This document shows positions 27,001-35,205 of a stretch of DNA of 64,000 nucleotides, piece by piece. The DNA is from Caldisericia bacterium (GTDB lineage: Bacteria; Caldisericota; Caldisericia; JAAYUI01). The DNA is taken from contig OY771555.1 in assembly GCA_963674785.1 (NCBI GenBank), forward strand, positions 1,664,001 through 1,728,000, given 5' to 3'. Every line of letters begins with the position of its first letter. Position 1 is the stretch's first letter. The notes below the pieces were generated by a model. The model was not told where the DNA came from. It made no database searches and saw nothing but the letters and a program-made list of their open reading frames with translations. A program made the translations under genes and the position numbers.

Positions 27001-29238
27001 TGAATATCTGTCGATTTTCATATCGCTCATTCGGATATCGCCATAGTCAACAACAAGATTGGCATTTAGGTCATTATAGATGTTTTCGTCTGGATTATAG
27101 ACTCCATCAGGCTTATCGTCACCATGATTTATGTCGTAGAAACAAAGTGTCGCAGGAAGATTTGAAAGTGCAACCCCAACATCAGAGTCTCCGGATGCGA
27201 CGATGCTTCCTGCTTCATACGTGACCTCAAATCCATTTCTGATTGTGGTCATTCTGAAGTGTCTCATGTCACCAGGCTCAACGGTGTTTGCACCTGCTGC
27301 ATACTGTTTGCTATAGATTTTTTCAGCACAACCGTAACCTGTGCCACCATCATCAAGAAATCTGTACCTTATATCAAAAGCAACCAAACCCTCTGGATTT
27401 GTTGCGGACTGTGCAGATATGCCTGCATCAGGACAAGCCAGTTGATATTTGGCACCAATAAATGATTCCGATTGTCTTGCTGCCCAGTAGTCAGTATCTC
27501 CATTTAAAGCATTTGTCTCAGTGCCGACTCCGAAACTATTATCAACACCATTATCGTTCCAAACTGAGATTCCGTAGAAGGATCTGAAATCAGCTTTTAC
27601 ATCAAAGAATATAGTCATCGGAAGATTGTTTTCCAATGCATTTTCACCAAGATATGATGACTTGTTTATTGACTGTGTTCCCTTAAGTGCTTCCCCGTAT
27701 GGATTAAAAAGAGCAGTTTTTGCTGATGATGGCATATTTCCCATCCAAACATCAGATTCAACCATGTAGTTGTACTCTGGCGCAAGTGGACCAGACTTGA
27801 TTGTTTCAACAAGAAGGAGTAAGTCTCCTTCAACACATCCGCCAATACTGCATATGCCGTCAGCATTTACATTCTCCGGTCTATGAGAATTTGTATTTAC
27901 ATCGGTTAAGGCGTAGTCATTGATCGTGACGTTTCCCGAATCATCACCTTTTCTATAGATAAACTCGTCAATGTCATAAATCAAGTTTGAGTCTACATTT
28001 TCAGTATGACGTTCATCACCTGTGACAGGTGATCCAGTTCCACCAGCATTCACAAACTGAATCAAATCAGCAGCAACATCAAGATCATCACCTGGGTCTT
28101 GCATTCCGTAAGGAGGAGCATCAACAACAACAGATCCCGCTTTGTATGTTCGTGTTGTTCCGTTCGCAGTACTGATTATCACATCGGTCAATCTTATGTC
28201 TCCATTACTTACAACTGGAGCGGTGAACAATGGATCAACTCTTCTATAAATCCATTCAGCTGGCGTATATCTTCCATCAATATTTATATTTTCTGCGTGC
28301 CATTCTTCATCTGCAGTGAAATCAGCATCAGCGTTATCGACAAATGACTGAAGATTAAGATCAATGTCCCATCTCTCAATGATCCCTGAATCGACGGCTC
28401 TAGGCTTTAATGTTGTTCCGATTGTTGAAATAATTGGATAATCGATACTTGGAGAGCGATCTTGAATGAGAGGGAAATCTGGCATATCAGACCAACCAAG
28501 CTGGAAGAGTCTTGTTTTTGTTGGTGGTTCTGTATTTAAAGGGGTTGGCGTGAAACCATCATAATCTTTTTTATCGTATCTAAAATAGATTGGCTCATCT
28601 TCAAGGTAACCAGGCTGGACATCTCCATTTGCCTTGGTTGGGAAAAGATAATATGGTCCCTGAGTATTGTTGGCACTCATGGGGTCAACATAACAATTCT
28701 TGTTATAAAAAATGTTGTCGTTTGAAGATGGAATTGGATTATTTCTATAAAGTGGATCGTTCGGATCTGCATAACCATAATGTCTGCAGTCATTGAATCT
28801 TCCATCTGGATCAAACCATATCTGACCAGCATTGTCAACCACTGCGAACATCTTCTCAGATAAGGCTTTTGGTGTTTCATAATCATACTCGGAGTTCAAA
28901 TAAAAAATACAATAATAAAGAGGAAGAACTGAGTTATTATCATCTGCGGGAATATTATAAAGATTTGTGTCCACTGCAAACTCAGCATCTGGCATCTGGT
29001 ATTCTTCTCGACCCCAGCTTGTTTGAGCAGAATCTGAGTTGAATCCAAAATCTGGTGCGACGACCAGATCATTACCACTCCAGCTCATACCAACGGGAGT
29101 CCATCTGACGGCAACAAAACACGCAATTTCATTACCAAAGGTATTTGCAGATGTTCCTGGTACAAAGCCAACCATCTGCAATAACAACAAAACCCCCAAA
29201 AAAACAGCGACAAATTTAAATTTTCTCATATTTCTCAT
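21079..29238 (-). CDS. Giant (~2720 aa) secreted/surface protein with internal GDxRL-type repeats, C-terminal Ig-like domains and a degenerate stalk domain
   Basis: Start moved to ATG 29238 (or 29229), followed by signal peptide MRKFKFVAVFLGVLLLLQ; Asp/Gly/Tyr-rich body; GETTPGADLRING and GRVEPNCVVTANG Ig repeats; PTIENGMLFISP..VEQVFDCEI stalk-like end. Confidence 0.8.
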   Translation of the reverse strand: MRNMRKFKFVAVFLGVLLLLQMVGFVPGTSANTFGNEIACFVAVRWTPVGMSWSGNDLVVAPDFGFNSDSAQTSWGREEYQMPDAEFAVDTNLYNIPADDNNSVLPLYYCIFYLNSEYDYETPKALSEKMFAVVDNAGQIWFDPDGRFNDCRHYGYADPNDPLYRNNPIPSSNDNIFYNKNCYVDPMSANNTQGPYYLFPTKANGDVQPGYLEDEPIYFRYDKKDYDGFTPTPLNTEPPTKTRLFQLGWSDMPDFPLIQDRSPSIDYPIISTIGTTLKPRAVDSGIIERWDIDLNLQSFVDNADADFTADEEWHAENINIDGRYTPAEWIYRRVDPLFTAPVVSNGDIRLTDVIISTANGTTRTYKAGSVVVDAPPYGMQDPGDDLDVAADLIQFVNAGGTGSPVTGDERHTENVDSNLIYDIDEFIYRKGDDSGNVTINDYALTDVNTNSHRPENVNADGICSIGGCVEGDLLLLVETIKSGPLAPEYNYMVESDVWMGNMPSSAKTALFNPYGEALKGTQSINKSSYLGENALENNLPMTIFFDVKADFRSFYGISVWNDNGVDNSFGVGTETNALNGDTDYWAARQSESFIGAKYQLACPDAGISAQSATNPEGLVAFDIRYRFLDDGGTGYGCAEKIYSKQYAAGANTVEPGDMRHFRMTTIRNGFEVTYEAGSIVASGDSDVGVALSNLPATLCFYDINHGDDKPDGVYNPDENIYNDLNANLVVDYGDIRMSDMKIDRYSYQCGDVVDEIGIWVHDYEVHGLSMGKCGDPTAIDIPALPGDLGVTVKTDRYLRVEQTSHMTVKTGATLHGDDKIHIIVKNLVCEGTVPYEQYLTIGEGQTTVEFEMTPYRGSLNVDGTYDPVVVTAYGDFGGIEGRPTPEDGAYQDRFYLTKYIQTSNIQNPGQFVTRVPDPWPQPTLGLSIADEYDSWDECYLEVSCERLDMASTRKCLDQLEERYPNLSIECYNGDNVSDVNDPCCIPFALGRDEHTLVLYNANGCGIKWMATAVGGSGQRYIIQYNQNRTYAFWYWNDVGTIPGALDSFDYVGNNPGFMPPAFIGTQMPVEVSSHAQLVDNDDSASRTRPTLNDDNFIRWGVVTKGDHLGIFDGKTVDPLTGDTFGEIETWGVWTYITSWGTFSETDVGGWALGLVKPLQGGDISTRFTSFDIMWDYNSKRDYHPANYIYESHKAMDYSGIIKIKVPEMDGLLNFSEFQIVDRGLEFSIQDYTNGDPDYTTNPLPFPSPQIQRPYNPILRNLQDDFRVYPGGQTHFGRAHRRPGNSQSRAMMHGFCSYPAIWSEWGQRYNKSSDKVGVDPERDKEKHTVNFNKLGIEFLPLTDYGLYFVLKDANGNHMTFDPGTISNPTPQKYHIKQIKVTGPFKTPEIKDLAGGRLTTGFEYNGRHNRPLSYDYSGAVIVDNSNWEWYEYDGKDFVGEIGFGDNTIEFDPQDWNEFLIWNHRLNYTGISNVIKIDELIPISSGMIQIEVTMFDGTVKVFQDCCDEYTPFGIKVHGLTITGLPETIPVGQDHHFDVQITEEHPMQVEMACNNAFVLVWQDRGVAFSIDGLDEPLHIGQGDTNMFFPPWPLRNAHYTGAAMYPDFFDFNENGKISFSEWETEIIGTYDLASNTWIGGMVDGRTQNYNDGMYHLDLVEEAGCQITDIGIDIGGFRPRRGGGRMTTGSDHIVSEVEHAPVYVNAYKYGDDNSDRSFAPYAKMEFFEVAYTHEVYMSGEARANIVPNDTLNIEISPQPLTAGVVNELVSPTEPLTVKVTDSFGDPVNLLEGVPDVLGDREVEEDQALEHLFKDWHPDQEAFYGKGARLPQYYWVRTDLHNLSLDLHQNVYLFSDWEDQAFQPIDVDFSGAKEGIYKITGFCANDAGEFDLTVYTPDRRNIGTTKVKFALPDVEYSVVNIQDPEQKVFMSPAEPDFLLTAGSNRIYNITATCRNSQGALIAQQPEGMSVCNEYINYPAHFMPFINVPANQKPRQWFPCNECEINYGVHVGFDTNEDGVIQSGNDEIFLFGGAKTKREYFTWNDETLSADVVRQGTTVYYTTTNEHYSDNTFSRKPLIMVDTDMDTTTKGWGLGAIYNHPYEGTYLFADRHKDGLINFHDYLPLDELGSCSFTIFAEDVCLIGGLVGCNPYSASTKFGDVAGAPLPYYTDPGFIGTRYKYFTTGYALAGSDMGSRDGTFFLDWDAMSGNLLKVAAPKITLKSARTGKPLSSELFDPASFDLAYGVDNPLLIELHPADDRDLPMEQGSSIIASGANHNELSQGGFVMLDNNIHPVTYMTLTPTGHGEEVIYLGYKCPNTWLNAEPYNLTLADSPQYYSIYPISSFDSSPGLQIKLVEPETITESVENTVKLKIVDISTGALVENARVRIQGGEIDLDGTTNVTGDIEFTFVPEKDTKLIVTATAGGYVSGDLSLRPGPQTTPPHLIIDEVRTITNSYTTKISGETTPGADLRINGTKVTVSSTGRFETSVTLVDGINTINIISTVGNLPPTSKVVTISVDAIPPEILLPKLPELIGKQTFTLKGRVEPNCVVTANGQPAKVVYDMFSVDVQLIPGKNEIKFNVIDAAGNITEKTMIIPVYKRIWGKLIVGEASIVDSEGLPIGQLRNPVTSVNKLPISIFESLFGAEYKVIESLGICEVNLFGNKYVFENGSRDGLVSGESITLPSTPTIENGMLFISPEIVEQVFDCEITTNAVTGEITIARIWMP

Positions 29239-29290
29239 ATTTCCGTCCAATACTCTATATACCATAATAAAACAGTCAAGTGAGCAAAGC

Positions 29291-29746
29291 TCACCTGGTC
29301 GCACCTGATAGAATTCTATTAACTTCTTTCAGATGTTTAATCACCTCTTGTGTATTTTTTTCATCCAAATGCTTAACGGATTCAAAGATAGTATCCATCA
29401 TGATATTTTCTCGATATTTTGCCTTTTCGATACCCTTTTCTGTTAAATAAATAATCTTTTTTCTTCTATCTGTTTTTTCGCTCTTTATTACTACGAAATC
29501 ATTTTCGGATAAAAACTCAACAATTGCTGTCATTGTACTCTTCCGAACATCCATAAGTTTTCCAAGCTCAGAGGGAGTCATCGGTCCCTTGTGATTTAGA
29601 ATAAAGAGTGTCCTTACAATATTCTTCTTCTCTCGGTCATTTTGATCTCGACCAAGTTTCCTAAAACCCTTACCCAGATGGTGATTCAGATTGAGTTTCA
29701 TATTGATCAACTCATCATGGAGCAGTTTTAAATTCTTTCTATCCAA
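29291..29746 (-). CDS. MarR family transcriptional regulator
   Basis: GPMTPSELGKLMDVRKSTMTAIVEFL HTH and DRRKKIIYLTEKG wing; TTG start with GGAG SD. Confidence 0.92.
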   Translation of the reverse strand: MDRKNLKLLHDELINMKLNLNHHLGKGFRKLGRDQNDREKKNIVRTLFILNHKGPMTPSELGKLMDVRKSTMTAIVEFLSENDFVVIKSEKTDRRKKIIYLTEKGIEKAKYRENIMMDTIFESVKHLDEKNTQEVIKHLKEVNRILSGATR

Positions 29747-29778
29747 GTCTTTTCTCCATAATCACAAAGAATGGTTTG

Positions 29779-29807
29779 ATTATGAACTAATACTACAACT
29801 ATGTCAA
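29779..29807 (-). promoter_or_regulatory. sigma70-type promoter of marR
   Basis: TTGACA-N17-CATAAT; 8-bp inverted repeat CATAATCA...TGATTATG (29757-29784) overlaps the -10. Confidence 0.7.
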
Positions 29808-29833
29808 GAGAAAATATCATTCAAACCTCATCC

Positions 29834-29861
29834 TTGCAAAAGAAAATGAAAATATTAGAAT
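29834..29861 (+). promoter_or_regulatory. Promoter of the C25 peptidase gene (leaderless-type)
   Basis: TTGCAA-N16-TAGAAT, then 6 nt to ATG, no SD. Confidence 0.55.
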
Positions 29862-29867
29862 TAGCAC

Positions 29868-32054
29868 ATGAGGACATCCAGAATTGTAATTATTTTGATA
29901 ATGTTTGCTTTCTTTCTCTCCCCAGGTTTTGGGTTTGTGTTTGCATCTGATCAAGCAGATGGATACTTGATTATTTCAAATGTTTCCAAAACTTCACTAG
30001 ATCCTTTGATTAAGTATAGAGAATCGAAAGGTTTGAATGTTTATTATGTTCAAGCAAACGATATAGATGATAAAATATCCCCACAAAAAATCAGAGATTT
30101 CTTACTTGAGAAGAAAGATGAATGGAATCTAAAATTCTTGCTTATCGCAGGAACTCATGAAAAGATTCCGATGCTTGTTACCAGCCCAGACCCTGGTAGC
30201 ACCTCACATTCAATGGTCACAAATACTCCTACTGATTACTATTATGCAACTCCATCCGCAAACTGGGATAAGGACGGTGATGGAGTGTTTGGTGAACTAA
30301 AAGATGACGGAATTGCATCATTCGAACCTGAGATTTTTGTTGGTAGGATCCCCTTTGATACCGATGAAGATGTTTTGAAGATATCACATTACATCTCAAA
30401 ATTTGATTCAAGTTCAGATGCTGAAAAGGCAAAATGTTTGTTTCCTGGAGGAATGCTAAGTTACAAAGGTCAACTGTGGGAAGGTGGACCAATGGAGCGT
30501 GGAGATGGTGGGTACTTCTCAGAGCTCGTTTACACTGACCATCTTAAAGATAGCTTTTCAAGGTATCGAATGTATGAATCCGAAGGATTTTTGAAATCTC
30601 CATTCATCTGTGAAGATGATCTTACAAACACAAATCTGAAAAGACATTTTTCAAAAAAATATGGTCTTGTTTGTTGGACAGGTCACGGAAGCCCAGACAG
30701 AGTCGTCAGAACTGTTTGGAATACAAGAGCTGGTGGGAAAACAATACCTGGGAAAGATGAGGTTGAAGAACCAAAACTTCTTCACGCAAGTGAGTTAAAA
30801 CGAACTGACATAAACTGGGGTGTTGTCGTAGCTGCATCCTGTAGCACGAGCAATCCTCGCATGAGATACAATCTCGGGGCTTCAACCCTTAGGTCAGGCT
30901 GTATCTCTTATGTTGGGTCAACTGGTGTTGCATGGGGACCGTCATATTGGAGAAAACCTGAGGATGGTGGTATGGACACAATCCTTTATCTCTTTTTGGA
31001 AAACCTAAAGATTCCAGGTACCACCACCGGTGAGGCACTTGATAATGCACTTTATGACTTTTCCAGATTATATTTCTGGGGTGATACTGAAGATCCACCT
31101 GAGGCCTCACAGATGAATATTTTTAATTTCAATCTCTATGGTGATCCTGCTGCAACTTTAGTTAGTGGAGACGATTCTCCTCGAGTTGTTGTGACAGAAC
31201 CCAGTATTTTTGTTGAAGAAGGTGGCAAGGCTGTTTGGAAAGGGCAAGTTTTGGGCAGTATTGAAGAAATCCAAAAACCGTCTGTTATCCCTGCAATTGA
31301 AGATGTTTCCTGGGCAACCCCAAAGCTGGAACTAGATTCTACGGATAACTCATGGAGAATTGAAGCCAATTTGCCAGATGATGTCAATATTGGTAAACGA
31401 GAGTGGTTTCTTAGCTATAATGTTGATGGCGAAAAGATTATCATCAATCTTGTTTTGAATGTGACAAAAAAGGAGGAAGGTTTCTTTTCATATGAAGTAC
31501 TTCCAAGAAATGTCGCACCTTTCAGATCATTCAGTCTAAATCTGAAATCAGAATCAGATTTCAATACAACTAACTTTATGGTTAAGTTTAACCCATATGT
31601 ACTGGAATTACTCGAGATTAAACATGATGGCGTAAAGGGTAATGGTGGGTGGTCATACATTGATAACCATTTTGGAATGGCTGTTTTTTCATCCGGGGTG
31701 AAAGGTAATGATGTTTTTTGCACATTGAGTTTTTTACCAAAAGGTGAGTTTGAATCTGATGATGTTTCATTCATTGATTTGGCAGTAAGAGATAGCGAAA
31801 GTAAAAAGGTTTTATGTCTTCCAAGGAAAGTAAAGATTGTTGCAGACCAGGAAGAGATATGCAGATCAAAAGCTGATTTTAACAAATCTGGATACGTCGA
31901 TTACTCAGATATAACAATGCTGGTTTTGATGTTTGGATGTACTGAGGGTCAAAGCTCATGGAATCCAGATTTTGATCTACATAAAGATGGTGTCATCAAT
32001 ACATTTGACTACTCGGTAGCCCTAAGTCTGATGACACCTGAATCTGAATCGTAA
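29868..32054 (+). CDS. C25 family (gingipain-like) cysteine peptidase with C-terminal cohesin-like and dockerin-like domains
   Basis: Signal peptide; PTDYYYA, WDKDGDGVFGE, PEIFVGRIP, catalytic TGHGS and ASCST, FNLYGDPA; FMVKFNPYVLEL cohesin-like strand; ADFNKSGYVDYSD and FDLHKDGVINTFD Ca-binding dockerin repeats. Confidence 0.88.
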   Translation: MRTSRIVIILIMFAFFLSPGFGFVFASDQADGYLIISNVSKTSLDPLIKYRESKGLNVYYVQANDIDDKISPQKIRDFLLEKKDEWNLKFLLIAGTHEKIPMLVTSPDPGSTSHSMVTNTPTDYYYATPSANWDKDGDGVFGELKDDGIASFEPEIFVGRIPFDTDEDVLKISHYISKFDSSSDAEKAKCLFPGGMLSYKGQLWEGGPMERGDGGYFSELVYTDHLKDSFSRYRMYESEGFLKSPFICEDDLTNTNLKRHFSKKYGLVCWTGHGSPDRVVRTVWNTRAGGKTIPGKDEVEEPKLLHASELKRTDINWGVVVAASCSTSNPRMRYNLGASTLRSGCISYVGSTGVAWGPSYWRKPEDGGMDTILYLFLENLKIPGTTTGEALDNALYDFSRLYFWGDTEDPPEASQMNIFNFNLYGDPAATLVSGDDSPRVVVTEPSIFVEEGGKAVWKGQVLGSIEEIQKPSVIPAIEDVSWATPKLELDSTDNSWRIEANLPDDVNIGKREWFLSYNVDGEKIIINLVLNVTKKEEGFFSYEVLPRNVAPFRSFSLNLKSESDFNTTNFMVKFNPYVLELLEIKHDGVKGNGGWSYIDNHFGMAVFSSGVKGNDVFCTLSFLPKGEFESDDVSFIDLAVRDSESKKVLCLPRKVKIVADQEEICRSKADFNKSGYVDYSDITMLVLMFGCTEGQSSWNPDFDLHKDGVINTFDYSVALSLMTPESES

Positions 32055-32069
32055 TCAGAAAATGTTATT

Positions 32070-33590
32070 TTAATGTAGGAAATGTCTTTGTCCGGTAAAG
32101 ACAAGACCTATTCCAAGCTCATTTGCTTTATCGATAACCTCTTGGTCTCTTATCGAACCACCTGGTTCGATAATTGCCTTGATACCAGCCTTTTTTGCTG
32201 TCTCAACAGTGTCTGCAAATGGAATGAATGCGTCAGAGGCAAGGTAAGAACCAATTGCTTTTTCTCCAGCCTGATTTGCAGCTATGTTTGCGGATGCAAC
32301 TCTGTTTGGTTGTCCAGCACCAACACCTATTGTTGCGAAACCTTTTGTGAGAACAATTGCATTGGATTTTACATGTTTGACTGCAAGCATACCAAAGGCA
32401 AGCTCTTCCATGTCAACTTCTGAAACAGTGGCAGTACCTGCTATCTTCATCTCACTAAACAGAGATTTATCAGCTTCTTGTGCAAGAACTCCAAAGGCTG
32501 TTCCTCTGAGCCTTACTTTTGTTGTCGATATTTTTGGGTCAAAAGTCAAAAGTCTGAGGTTTTTCTTTTTGGCAAAGACATCCATTGCTCCGTCTGAAAA
32601 ACTTGGGGCAAGTATAATCTCAGCAAAAAGCTTTGATACCTCTTTTGCGGTTTCTGGGTCAACCTCTCTGTTGAAGGCAAAAATTCCACCATATGGTGAA
32701 ACTTTGTCGCACTCAAAGGCCTTAAGATATGCATCTTTGATGTTACTGCTTATAGCAATCCCAGTTGGCGTAAGATGTTTCATAATAACGGCAGCTGGTT
32801 TATCAAACTCAAGAATTGTCTCAAGTGCAGCATCAGCATCGAGAATATTATTGTATGAAAGCTTTTTCCCTTGAAGAAGGTTTATTGGAACATCATTCAT
32901 TCCAAATGAGTAGAGGTTTGCTTTCTGATGTGGATTCTCACCATACCTAAGTTCTTGAATTGTTGTTGGCTTTATTGTCTCATCAAGAAGTTCGCTGGTT
33001 TTTGAACCAGTATCTGATTCTCCTGAAAGGTAACCAGAAATTGCTGTGTCGTATGACATTGTCTTCTTAAAAGCTTTGACTGCAAGTTTTTTTCTGTAGT
33101 CTTTATCAAATCTTCCATTACTTATTCTTTCAATGAATTCTTGATATTGATCAGAAGAACTCAAAACAAAAACATCTTTGAAATTTTTTGCAGCAGCCCG
33201 TAAAAGTGTTACTCCACCGATATCAATCTGTTCGACTGCAGATTCTAACGTGCAATCTGGTTTTGCGGTAGTTTCCTCAAATGGATAGAGATTGCAAACA
33301 ACAATATCGATGGGGTAGGATTCAATTTTTTCGAGGTCAGCTGCATCATCGATATTTTCTCTCCTTGAGAGAATTCCAGCAAAAATCTTGGGATTCAATG
33401 TTTTTACTCTCCCACCGAGAACCTCAGGTGTGCCTGTGTATTCAGAAACATCGATTATCTGAAAACCAATATTTCTTAGATATTTTGCGGTTCCTCCGGT
33501 TGAGAGAATCCTGTAGCCTACCACACTCAACTCTCGTACAAGAGGCTCAAGACCAGTCTTGTCAAATGTTGATATCAAAGCGTATTTCAT
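32070..33590 (-). CDS. purH: Bifunctional AICAR transformylase / IMP cyclohydrolase
   Basis: STGGTA, GGRVKTL, IDIGG, LRYGENPHQ, SYNN, KSNAI, ASDAF motifs. Confidence 0.97.
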   Translation of the reverse strand: MKYALISTFDKTGLEPLVRELSVVGYRILSTGGTAKYLRNIGFQIIDVSEYTGTPEVLGGRVKTLNPKIFAGILSRRENIDDAADLEKIESYPIDIVVCNLYPFEETTAKPDCTLESAVEQIDIGGVTLLRAAAKNFKDVFVLSSSDQYQEFIERISNGRFDKDYRKKLAVKAFKKTMSYDTAISGYLSGESDTGSKTSELLDETIKPTTIQELRYGENPHQKANLYSFGMNDVPINLLQGKKLSYNNILDADAALETILEFDKPAAVIMKHLTPTGIAISSNIKDAYLKAFECDKVSPYGGIFAFNREVDPETAKEVSKLFAEIILAPSFSDGAMDVFAKKKNLRLLTFDPKISTTKVRLRGTAFGVLAQEADKSLFSEMKIAGTATVSEVDMEELAFGMLAVKHVKSNAIVLTKGFATIGVGAGQPNRVASANIAANQAGEKAIGSYLASDAFIPFADTVETAKKAGIKAIIEPGGSIRDQEVIDKANELGIGLVFTGQRHFLH

Positions 33591-34198
33591 TTGTCCTCCA
33601 AAATCCTGACTTTTTTTCCTTCAATTTTTGCATTTCCAGAAAGCACTGTCTTGCATGCTCTCCACAAAGTATCGTGTTCTGTTTTAAGAATCCTTGCAGA
33701 AACTGTATCTTCAGTGTCGTTTTCCAAAACTGGCACGGATTTTTGAATTATGATTGGACCTGTGTCGCATCCTTTATCAATAAAGAATACGCTACAGCCC
33801 GTAATTTTTACACCTGCATCAAATGCTTGTTTCTGAGCGTGAAGACCGGGGAACGAAGGGAGAAGTGATGGATGAATGTTTATCATCCTTCCCCAATATT
33901 TCTCTGTGAATTTATCAGGAGTCAAAAGCATGAATCCAGCATGAACAAGTAGATCAATTTCCAGTGAATCAATCAGTTCAGCAATATCATCGAACATTTG
34001 TTCACGGTTTTCGTAATCCTTTTTTTTGAAAATCTCGTGAGGAATGTTTTCTAGTTCGCAGTAATCGATAGCACCGATCTTTCGCTTGTTTGAGATTACA
34101 ATTTCTATTTCTGCATCAAGCCTTCCATCTTTTATGGCGTTGTTTAAAGCAATAAGGTTTGATCCTCTTCCTGATACAAAAACTGCAATTCTTTTCAT
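33587..34198 (-). CDS. purN: Phosphoribosylglycinamide formyltransferase
   Basis: SGRGSN, INIHPSLLPSFPG, DTGPII motifs; ATG at 34198. Confidence 0.97.
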   Translation of the reverse strand: MKRIAVFVSGRGSNLIALNNAIKDGRLDAEIEIVISNKRKIGAIDYCELENIPHEIFKKKDYENREQMFDDIAELIDSLEIDLLVHAGFMLLTPDKFTEKYWGRMINIHPSLLPSFPGLHAQKQAFDAGVKITGCSVFFIDKGCDTGPIIIQKSVPVLENDTEDTVSARILKTEHDTLWRACKTVLSGNAKIEGKKVRILEDK

Positions 34199-34200
34199 AA

Positions 34201-35205
34201 TCAAATCAACTCAACTGAAGGTTTATCGTTCCCTTTTATACTACCAATAATTCTAGCCCCAGGATAGAGCGACATTGTTTTTGTGGCATCTTTTTCCGGT
34301 ACAATTACAACCATTCCAATGCCCATATTAAATGTCCTGTAGGCTGAGTGTTCATCAAGCTCACCCTCTTTTACTGCAAGTTCGATAACTGGTATTTTTG
34401 GAAGAGTTGATTTTTCAATAACAGCGGTACCTGATTTGAGAGTCCTTGGGATATTATCAAGAAGTCCGCCGCCCGTGATATGGGTTAGACCCCTGACATC
34501 AACTGCTGAAATCATTCTCAAAATGTATGGCGCATAAATTATTGTTGGCTCAAGCATCGCAAGACCAAGATTTGGAATGCCAGGAAAACTGTCATTCAAA
34601 TCATGATTTTCAAGCAGGATTTTTCTTGCAAGCGTGTATCCATTTGAGTGGAATCCAGACGATGGTAGTCCAACAAGGACATCACCTTCAGAGATTTTTG
34701 AACCATCAATAATCTTTGATTTTTCAACTATCCCAACTGCAAAACCCGCAAGGTCATATTCGTCATCATCATACATATCACCCATCTGGGCTGTTTCACC
34801 ACCAATGAGTGCACATCCTGATTGTCTACAACCTTCTGTTAGGCCTTTGATTATTTCTACAGCAATCCTGTTGTTAAGTTTGCCAACAGCAAGATAATCA
34901 AGGAAATAAAGTGGTTTTGCTCCACAGCAAACAATGTCATCAACATTCATGGCGACACAATCTAAGCCGATTGTATCATGTTTATCCATCTGGATTGAAA
35001 GCAAAACCTTTGTTCCAACACCATCTGTACCAGAAACAAGCACTGGTTCTTTGTAACCAGATGGAATCTCAAACATTGCACCAAAATCTCCAAGACCTCC
35101 AAGAACACCAGGTGTTTTTGTTGAATTCACCATATCCTTGATGTGTTCAACAAAAAGGTCACCTTTGGTCTGAGAAACTCCGGCTTTTTCGTATGCGTCA
35201 GGCAT
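34201..35205 (-). CDS. purM: Phosphoribosylformylglycinamidine cyclo-ligase (AIR synthetase)
   Basis: [36 protein letters not shown]. Confidence 0.98.
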   Translation of the reverse strand: MPDAYEKAGVSQTKGDLFVEHIKDMVNSTKTPGVLGGLGDFGAMFEIPSGYKEPVLVSGTDGVGTKVLLSIQMDKHDTIGLDCVAMNVDDIVCCGAKPLYFLDYLAVGKLNNRIAVEIIKGLTEGCRQSGCALIGGETAQMGDMYDDDEYDLAGFAVGIVEKSKIIDGSKISEGDVLVGLPSSGFHSNGYTLARKILLENHDLNDSFPGIPNLGLAMLEPTIIYAPYILRMISAVDVRGLTHITGGGLLDNIPRTLKSGTAVIEKSTLPKIPVIELAVKEGELDEHSAYRTFNMGIGMVVIVPEKDATKTMSLYPGARIIGSIKGNDKPSVELI

